DNA of 64,000 nucleotides from a virus: IMG/VR virus record IMGVR_UViG_3300027861_000016, positions 1 to 64,000 of that record; one strand, 5' to 3'. Shown piece by piece: positions 58,047 to 64,000 of this stretch (position 1 is its first letter; each line of letters starts with the position of its first letter). The notes under the pieces were generated by a model. It saw only the letters and a program-made list of their open reading frames with translations, ran no database searches and was not told where the DNA came from. The position numbers and the translations under genes were made by a program.

Positions 58047-58532
58047 ATGAATCAGCCAATAACAGAAACAGTAATAACAGCACCAGAAGGATTTCAAATA
58101 GATCCTGAAGCTTTAAAGAATAATGAAGTAAAGTTTATACCTATCAATGAACTAGATAACTTACCTGAAAGTTGGGAAGAGTTAGAGGAATTAACAGGTG
58201 AATATATATCAGAAGGTTCAGATGTAAGGATTGCAATTGAACATAGTACAAGAGCATACTTTAAAAACATAGTACCAAAAGGTTACGGAGAACCAATGTT
58301 AGCACTCTGTCAACTCTTACAACTAAGAGATAGATATAATGGTGATTGGGAACCTGATTATAATGCCGAAACACCTAAATTCTTTATTAACACTGCTTTT
58401 AATACCATAGATTATGGTTGGACAAAGAGTATAAACCATAGTCTAGCCTTCAAAACAGAAGAACTAAGAGACAAATTCTTCAACGCTCCTAAAATAAGAG
58501 AATTAATAGAAATTGCAAAACCACTTTTATAA
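58047..58532 (+). CDS. Conserved hypothetical Bacteroidota-phage protein
   Basis: 'LPESWEEL...ALCQLLQLRDRYNGDWEPD...LAFKTEELRDKF...LIEIAKPLL'. Confidence 0.7.
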   Translation: MNQPITETVITAPEGFQIDPEALKNNEVKFIPINELDNLPESWEELEELTGEYISEGSDVRIAIEHSTRAYFKNIVPKGYGEPMLALCQLLQLRDRYNGDWEPDYNAETPKFFINTAFNTIDYGWTKSINHSLAFKTEELRDKFFNAPKIRELIEIAKPLL

Positions 58533-58552
58533 ACAATTAAAAATAGAAAGAT

Positions 58553-58837
58553 ATGGAAATAGGAATGATTGTAATAATGTGTATAGTAATGTTAGGAATA
58601 ATAATAAGCTCTGCTGTACTAGAAGGAACTGATGGTGTATCGGTTATAGGTTTGATTCTACTTCTTGCTTTTTTAGGTTTTCTATTGTGCATAAATAATG
58701 AGCTAATAACTACAAAAGCAGAACAACAAACTTATCACAAAGCCTTAATACATAACCCATATGAAATGACTATTTTATACGATGCACTTAATAATCCTAG
58801 AGATACAATTTATGAACTAAAAGAAATAAAACTATGA
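58553..58837 (+). CDS. Membrane protein
   Basis: Two N-terminal TM helices. Confidence 0.6.
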   Translation: MEIGMIVIMCIVMLGIIISSAVLEGTDGVSVIGLILLLAFLGFLLCINNELITTKAEQQTYHKALIHNPYEMTILYDALNNPRDTIYELKEIKL

Positions 58838-59049
58838 CACTACTAATAATAGGAACAGTATTTGGATGGTGGGTTCTAGGATTTCTAGCAGCTTATATAG
58901 CACATAGAATAGAAAATGTAAACTATAAATTTTATGTTATAATGTTCATTACGCTCGTTGGTGGTTTTAGTTTGTGTATAGTTTTACTACTTATACTCTT
59001 TACACTCATCCCTTGGAATAAAACTATCTGGAAAGCCAGAAAGAAGTAA
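58834..59049 (+). CDS. Membrane protein
   Basis: Two TM helices and a basic C-terminus. Confidence 0.6.
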   Translation: MTLLIIGTVFGWWVLGFLAAYIAHRIENVNYKFYVIMFITLVGGFSLCIVLLLILFTLIPWNKTIWKARKK

Positions 59050-59068
59050 AATAATTTAAACTAAACAT

Positions 59069-59512
59069 ATGAAAAGAATAGTAATAGTAGGCATAGACGG
59101 TACAATATCTAAAGTAGGAGATAGATTAAAATACTTAAATCAAACACCTAAAGATTGGGATAGTTTCTATAAAGCATGTGATGAAGATGAGCCTATAGAT
59201 GATGTACTTAACCTGGTTTATACATTAGATCAAGAAGATTATGATATAATATTCTGTACAGGTAGAAGATCATCAGAAAGAACTAAAACAATTAAATGGA
59301 TAGATGAAAATATAGTACTTTCAGATTACAAATTATTAATGAGACCTACTAAAGACCATAGACATGATACAATTGTTAAACCTGAATTATTAGAAAATCA
59401 TGGTATTCCTCTTGATAATATAATGTTTGTTTTAGAAGATAGAAATTCAATGGTAGCTAAATGGAGAGAGTTAGGTTTAACTTGTCTACAAGTAGCTGAA
59501 GGAGATTTCTAA
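59069..59512 (+). CDS. HAD-family polynucleotide 3'-phosphatase (T4 PseT phosphatase-like), catalytic Asp substituted
   Basis: 'IVGIDGT' (normally DxDGT), 'CTGR', 'LMRP..D.R.D..VK', 'LEDR..MV..WRELGLTCLQVAEGDF'. Confidence 0.8.
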   Translation: MKRIVIVGIDGTISKVGDRLKYLNQTPKDWDSFYKACDEDEPIDDVLNLVYTLDQEDYDIIFCTGRRSSERTKTIKWIDENIVLSDYKLLMRPTKDHRHDTIVKPELLENHGIPLDNIMFVLEDRNSMVAKWRELGLTCLQVAEGDF

Positions 59513-59542
59513 AATAATTTATAAATAACTAAAAATAATAAA

Positions 59543-59746
59543 ATGGAAATAATAGGAACAACAATAGCAGTGATAATTGGAGTAGTAATAATGGCATTAA
59601 TATATGCTTTACCTGTAATGTGGTTATGGAATTGGTTATGTCCTGATATATTTGGGTTAACTGAACTAAGTTTCTTACAAGCATTAGGTCTATCATTATT
59701 ATCAGGCATTCTATTTAAAAGTAATATTTCAAACTCTTCTGATTAA
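59543..59746 (+). CDS. Membrane protein
   Basis: 'MWLWNWL.PDIFGL.ELSFLQALGL' conserved small phage membrane family. Confidence 0.65.
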   Translation: MEIIGTTIAVIIGVVIMALIYALPVMWLWNWLCPDIFGLTELSFLQALGLSLLSGILFKSNISNSSD

Positions 59747-59749
59747 ATA

Positions 59750-59781
59750 TTTGCATTATAACAAAAATAATATTACTTTTG
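59750..59781 (+). promoter_or_regulatory. Bacteroidota housekeeping promoter
   Basis: TTTG(59750)-N20-TACTTTTG(59774-59781), matching the -33/-7 consensus. Confidence 0.75.
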
Positions 59782-59884
59782 TCTCACTTATTTGAAACTA
59801 CTATAGCTGGTAAACGTTTAATTAAATGTTCGCCAACAACACATGTTTATTTCATTTAAGTAAATACGGAAAACCCTAATATAC

Positions 59885-59941
59885 CCCTTAATAGACTTGT
59901 TGATTTGGCGATCAAAATTCTTATTAAGGGTTTTCTTTTTT
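59885..59941 (+). terminator. Attenuator-like terminator with UUGGCG apical loop
   Basis: CCCTTAATA/TATTAAGGG stem plus inner TTGAT-TTGGCG-ATCAA, then TTTTCTTTTTT. Confidence 0.65.
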
Positions 59942-59964
59942 ACACTCCCTTATAAAAACATATT

Positions 59965-60385
59965 AAACGGTGTGCTGAATTGCACCTTAAAAGAAGGGTA
60001 AGAAATTGCCTGGGCCGAAGTCTCGAACAAAGGGAACAAAGACTACACTCAATAGCTTGATACGGTTGAAATCCGTGCTCGTTCTCTTTTATCCAGTAGT
60101 TTATAACTTACAACTATAAACTAACAGCTTGAATTTAAGTTCACACTTATTACTTGAGGCTTCTATAATATCTTTTCTGTTCCCTTTTAAGATATATGTC
60201 TCAGACCTGTTGTATTCTATTAACTTCTATAGTAGACAATGATAGTAAATCTAAATTGTCGAAGAAGTGGCCCTGCGAGATACTAGGAGTGTAGCAAGCA
60301 TTGAAGAGTGCTTAACTATTAAACTGGATGGGTGATTCTCCTACAATCAAAATAACAAATCTTCATTTCTATTATTCTCACCAAA
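59965..60385 (+). ncRNA. Large multi-pseudoknotted structured RNA of unknown family
   Basis: No ORF in the track; more than 12 complementary segment pairs, including perfect 10-, 8- and 7-bp long-range helices and a GAAA tetraloop hairpin. Confidence 0.65.
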
Positions 60386-60433
60386 TTTGACAGAGGGCGA
60401 TAGCTATATCTAATAACTAAATAACTAACAAAC

Positions 60434-60769
60434 ATGAAACTAAAACTAATAACAATACTACTATTAATTAGTAGTTATGCTTTTGCATTTGAACTAGAAA
60501 TAATAGCAGTTAAACAAAATGATTCTTTAGTAAAAGTAACAGGAAGTATATTTGGTAATGATGACCACATATTCATTAGTAAAAATGGTGAAGATTATAC
60601 TTTCATAATTACTAAGATTATAAAAACTGAGGAGACATTACAAATGTATTGTGATGATGTTATCATAGGTATGCAATTTCTAAGAGAATGTGATGGTAAT
60701 AAATTATTCAATATTACAATAATATTTGAAGATGGTACTATAGCATTTTTAACTAGAACTAATAACTAA
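60434..60769 (+). CDS. Secreted/periplasmic protein
   Basis: Signal peptide MKLKLITILLLISSYAFA. Confidence 0.6.
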   Translation: MKLKLITILLLISSYAFAFELEIIAVKQNDSLVKVTGSIFGNDDHIFISKNGEDYTFIITKIIKTEETLQMYCDDVIIGMQFLRECDGNKLFNITIIFEDGTIAFLTRTNN

Positions 60770-60775
60770 AGAGAT

Positions 60776-61060
60776 ATGAACATAGGTATGACTAAAGAAG
60801 AATACATCAAGGCACAAGAAATGTTTCCAGATGTAGATTGGACTAAAGAGTTCCCAAGAGAGATGTTGGTTACTGATAATTTAAAAGGATTGAAAACAAA
60901 AGCATTAGTACATGGTATATTTCCTAATAGATTAAATAAATGGAAAGTAATAACAGATAAGGATAGTTTTGTATATGCAAAAGAACTACCCACAACAAAG
61001 AAAATGACAGTAGCTGAACTTGAAGAAGAATTAGGATATAGTATAGAAATAGTTAAATAA
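60776..61060 (+). CDS. Hypothetical protein
   Basis: 94 aa; C-terminal 'KKMTVAELEEELGYSIEIVK' phage motif. Confidence 0.65.
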   Translation: MNIGMTKEEYIKAQEMFPDVDWTKEFPREMLVTDNLKGLKTKALVHGIFPNRLNKWKVITDKDSFVYAKELPTTKKMTVAELEEELGYSIEIVK

Positions 61061-61257
61061 AAATAAAACATGAACATAGATAGAAAAGAACTAATAAGAT
61101 TACTAGAATTTGCCCAAATAGGTATTGATAGAGATATGTGTTATACTCATTGTGCAAAGACAGAGCAAGACAGAGTACAAGACCTCAAAGATGTAAATAA
61201 ACTAATAGATGAGTTAGAATCTATTGAAGTAGATGATATAGAAATAGTTAAATAAAA
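61042..61257 (+). repeat. 21-bp direct repeat flanking a small gene
   Basis: TATAGAAATAGTTAAATAAAA at 61042-61062 and 61237-61257. Confidence 0.8.
61070..61255 (+). CDS. Hypothetical protein
   Basis: 61 aa, ends IEIVK like the upstream gene. Confidence 0.6.
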   Translation: MNIDRKELIRLLEFAQIGIDRDMCYTHCAKTEQDRVQDLKDVNKLIDELESIEVDDIEIVK

Positions 61258-61261
61258 CAAT

Positions 61262-61382
61262 AAAGGGATAGCTCAGTCTGGTAGAGCAAGGTATATTAGA
61301 CGACAAACGGTCACTAGATTTATACTTTAAAGATAAACTAAGTCGCTTACCAAGGTCGTAGGTTCAAATCCTACTCCCTTTA
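61262..61382 (+). tRNA. tRNA-like RNA with a 54-nt structured segment replacing the anticodon loop (isotype undetermined)
   Basis: Acceptor AAAGGGA/TCCCTTT; D-arm GCTC-AGTCTGGTA-GAGC; anticodon stem GGTA/TACC; variable loop AGGTC; T-arm GTAGG-TTCAAAT-CCTAC. Confidence 0.7.
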
Positions 61383-61398
61383 CTAAAACTTATAAACA

Positions 61399-61497
61399 AT
61401 GAAGAAAAGAAATAAAGAAACACAAGCTATAATAGGCTTTACAATATCAATATTATTATTCATATCAACAATAGCATGTATAACTTATAATGTATGA
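61399..61497 (+). CDS. Small single-TM peptide
   Basis: 32 aa MKKRNKETQAIIGFTISILLFISTIACITYNV; ATGA-coupled to the next ORF. Confidence 0.45.
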   Translation: MKKRNKETQAIIGFTISILLFISTIACITYNV

Positions 61498-61751
61498 GAC
61501 AAAGACTAAGAACACCTGAACCGAAATGTATCTATTCTACTAACCCAATAGAATTATCTGGTAGAAAACAATTACAAATAGCTACTAACACTTTAAAACA
61601 AGAAAGGATAAGAGATGAACGAAGACAATCAAACAAGACTAGACAAGTTACAAAAGTTGAATGCAAATATCCTGGACAATCTAAAAGACTTGAAAGATTT
61701 AAAGGATCTAACAACTCAGAAGATGTGCATGAGCTTATCATCGGTTTCTAA
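61494..61751 (+). CDS. Hypothetical basic protein (overlaps 61615..61809)
   Basis: 85 aa; start coupled to the upstream stop. Confidence 0.4.
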   Translation: MRQRLRTPEPKCIYSTNPIELSGRKQLQIATNTLKQERIRDERRQSNKTRQVTKVECKYPGQSKRLERFKGSNNSEDVHELIIGF

Positions 61752-61809
61752 AGAACTAAATTCTCTAATTATAAAAGAAATTACAGGAGATATAGAAGAT
61801 GAAAGTTGA
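61615..61809 (+). CDS. Hypothetical coiled-coil protein
   Basis: 64 aa with a LKDLKDLKDL repeat; stop overlaps the start of the next gene. Confidence 0.5.
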   Translation: MNEDNQTRLDKLQKLNANILDNLKDLKDLKDLTTQKMCMSLSSVSKELNSLIIKEITGDIEDES

Positions 61810-62980
61810 AAATTTAATAGAAGGAGAGTATTATTACTGTGATTGGGATGGTTTTTCTCACATTTTTGAATGTAAATATAATGGAGCAAGTATTGATATT
61901 GATGATAATAGATTTACAGATAGATGTTGGAAATTTTGGGAAATGAAGGCTACAAACATAAGACCAGTAACTAAAGATGAAAGAGAATGGTTAGATTTAT
62001 GTATAAAAGAAGGAAAGTTTGTAGATAAACCTGATAAGATTAAAGAAGGATTTAAAGTTGATGATTGGGTTGAACATATTGATAGTTCAGATCCGAAACC
62101 AGAACAAATAATAGGATTTCATTCAAATGGTTGTTTGTCTTTAAAAGGAAAGAAAAGAGAACATTGCTATATAAAAGATTATAGACTAGCAACTCCTGAA
62201 GAAATAGCTAGTGTTGAGAAGTCTAAGTTTGAAATAGGTAAGTGGTATAAACTCAAAAATTCATCAGGAACCAAGTTTCTAGGATATATTGATAAAAAGA
62301 ATCATTACTATGGGTTTGGTCCTACAGGTAAATGGATTGAATCTGACTTAGTAAAACCAGATCATTCTAAATATATACAGGCAACTGACTCTGAGGTGAA
62401 AGATCGTTTACTGTTTTATGCTAAAGAGAAATATCCTGTTGGGAGTTTCTATAAATGTTTTGTAAATAAAGATAAATGTGAAATAAGATTTGATGATGTA
62501 CAATTTACAGATAATTTGGACGGGATTGTGGATTCTGATATAGGTTATATTTATCATGATGGAAAATGGGCAGAGATAGTAGAAGAATCTAAACCTAAAA
62601 ATGATACTTGGTGTATACAAATTACTAAAGAGAATAGAGAAGTAGTTAAGAAGTGGTATGCTCGTACTAACCCATCATATAATATAGGTGCTTACTACGG
62701 TCTTAAAGAGAATGTAAAACATGCAAGAGGTAGTAACATGGTTCCTTGGACAAAGGATGATATTATATCAACTGAAGAGTTCTATAAAAAGATAGGACAT
62801 GTTCCACCATCATTTGGTGAAAATCCTTGTAAACAAGTAGCTGTAGATTCATTAAAAGATGACTATCCAGTAGAAATATATGGAGGATGTAATGATGATG
62901 GAGCTTTAGATGATTTCATGAAAGGTCAAGAAGTTGGTAGAGTAAGAAAAAGAAAGAGATTTAATCCTCCAAAAATTTAA
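61799..62980 (+). CDS. Mosaic multi-module hypothetical protein
   Basis: 393 aa of small SH3-like modules ending 'RPVTKDE', 'RLATPEEI', 'QATDSEV', plus 'GKWAEIV' and 'WCIQITKEN' modules. Confidence 0.7.
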   Translation: MKVENLIEGEYYYCDWDGFSHIFECKYNGASIDIDDNRFTDRCWKFWEMKATNIRPVTKDEREWLDLCIKEGKFVDKPDKIKEGFKVDDWVEHIDSSDPKPEQIIGFHSNGCLSLKGKKREHCYIKDYRLATPEEIASVEKSKFEIGKWYKLKNSSGTKFLGYIDKKNHYYGFGPTGKWIESDLVKPDHSKYIQATDSEVKDRLLFYAKEKYPVGSFYKCFVNKDKCEIRFDDVQFTDNLDGIVDSDIGYIYHDGKWAEIVEESKPKNDTWCIQITKENREVVKKWYARTNPSYNIGAYYGLKENVKHARGSNMVPWTKDDIISTEEFYKKIGHVPPSFGENPCKQVAVDSLKDDYPVEIYGGCNDDGALDDFMKGQEVGRVRKRKRFNPPKI

Positions 62981-63024
62981 GTAATTAATAATTTTTAGTA
63001 AATAATAATTAAAAGTAAAGTATT

Positions 63025-63489
63025 ATGTCAAAAGAAAACAAATCAGTAGTAGAAGTAGTAAGTGAGTTTGCATTAGTAAAGAAAATAATGGCTACATTGA
63101 AATTAGATGATGCTGGTAAAATGGATAAGTTCTTTAAAGGTGAAGTAAGAACATGTAATGATATTATTACACAGTTTAAAGCAGATATGTCTGGAGATAC
63201 ATTGCAACACGATATAGATCAAAGTAAATTAGACAGAGCTATTGAGGATGCTATTGAAGCAGTAGACCAAGCTTACCAAGCTGTTACACCTGAGAATATT
63301 GTTAATAATGCAGCTTGTACTAAGTTTAGTAGTGTGTATTGGGCTAATATTACTAGAGCAGAACATAGTTTAGATAGATTAACAGAAGATAAAGAAGAGG
63401 ATATAAAAATGTATGAAGAAACAAAGAAAGAGAATCTAGAACAAATAGAGAAATATAACGCTAGAATAGTAAAGATTTCTAAGAAATAA
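63025..63489 (+). CDS. Hypothetical coiled-coil protein
   Basis: 154 aa, helical. Confidence 0.7.
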   Translation: MSKENKSVVEVVSEFALVKKIMATLKLDDAGKMDKFFKGEVRTCNDIITQFKADMSGDTLQHDIDQSKLDRAIEDAIEAVDQAYQAVTPENIVNNAACTKFSSVYWANITRAEHSLDRLTEDKEEDIKMYEETKKENLEQIEKYNARIVKISKK

Positions 63490-63499
63490 AAGAATGGTT

Positions 63500-63577
63500 A
63501 GTAAACAGGCGTAATGCGGAATTGGTTCCAAACCCTATTATAGGTCGCTTATCCAGGTTCGAGTCCTGGGTTTACTT
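63500..63577 (+). tRNA. Non-canonical tRNA-like RNA (possibly degenerate tRNA-Trp)
   Basis: Acceptor AGTAAAC/GTTTACT and T-arm CCAGG-TTCGAGT-CCTGG are perfect; the interior lacks canonical D and anticodon arms but contains TTCCAAA. Confidence 0.55.
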
Positions 63578-63608
63578 CGAAAAGTATTAATTAATAAAAC
63601 TAAAAGAT

Positions 63609-63725
63609 ATGAGTTATACTAAAGAACAAGTAGAATCACTAATAGTTAAATTCAAAGGAGATAATTTCAAGCATTTATATATGACTATTGCTCAATTACA
63701 AGAATGGTTTACTAAAAACTTATAG
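63609..63725 (+). CDS. Small hypothetical protein
   Basis: 38 aa, MSYTKEQVESLI... Confidence 0.45.
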   Translation: MSYTKEQVESLIVKFKGDNFKHLYMTIAQLQEWFTKNL

Positions 63726-63728
63726 ATT

Positions 63729-64000
63729 ATGAATGTGCAACAATTGATAGAACAACTTCAACAATATCCTAAGAATATGGAAGTAAAGGTTCATAATGGA
63801 TTAGTTGATGATTGGCAACTGTTTAATCTTACTAGATATAGATTAGAAAGATGGGATGAGAATTTTATCTATAAAATGGCTATGCGTCAATGTTTAGATA
63901 GAGATAAGAATACTGAACTTCCTTTTAGAATTAAAAAACAAGTATGGGAATATTCAGAGTCTTGCAGTGAGAATAAGAATAAAAAGTATAAAAATATATT
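63729..64000 (+). CDS. Hypothetical protein, truncated by window edge
   Basis: MNVQQLIEQLQQYPKNMEV..., a common phage N-terminal motif; open to the window end. Confidence 0.6.
   Translation, partial: MNVQQLIEQLQQYPKNMEVKVHNGLVDDWQLFNLTRYRLERWDENFIYKMAMRQCLDRDKNTELPFRIKKQVWEYSESCSENKNKKYKNI

Noticed and set aside
59965-60385. Canonical group I or group II intron
   Set aside because: It interrupts no gene; the D5-like hairpin is imperfect and near the 5' end; no clear D6 branch site or group I P7 core
61294-61300. Ochre/amber suppressor anticodon (TTA) in the 61262 tRNA
   Set aside because: Position 33 would be A rather than U and splice junctions cannot be defined, so no anticodon can be assigned
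1-64000. Stop-codon reassignment (TAG or TGA), known in some Crassvirales
   Set aside because: Long genes are intact in the standard code, and both TAG and TGA end genes at tight junctions

Overview
AT-rich segment of a crAss-like (Crassvirales) podophage infecting Bacteroidota, using the standard genetic code. The minus strand from ~53.5 kb to 1 carries the structural/late module: small regulatory and unknown genes, an IHF-like gene, terminase with a class-3 mini-intein, portal, a probable anti-defence sponge, scaffold, major capsid, ring proteins, auxiliary capsid protein, muzzle, five cargo proteins and tail-fibre/LamG genes. The virion RNA polymerase is split over two giant ORFs. After a strand switch at ~53.5-53.7 kb, the plus strand carries small early/accessory genes, an RlmN-like radical SAM methyltransferase and a HAD phosphatase. 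Five observations stand out. (1) A promoter-driven non-coding locus of ~600 nt at 59.75-60.4 kb combines a UUGGCG-loop attenuator with a densely pseudoknotted ~400-nt RNA. (2) Three tRNA-like RNAs keep the acceptor stem and T-arm but have aberrant anticodon domains. (3) The split virion RNAP carries a Dda helicase, an A1S_2505-like domain and an ART domain on a coiled-coil stalk. (4) Cysteines in the ejected giant proteins lie almost only at matching termini, suggesting a head-to-tail disulfide chain. (5) A second structured RNA candidate lies at 41.5-41.7 kb. All family calls come from motif recognition and synteny; no database searches were run.
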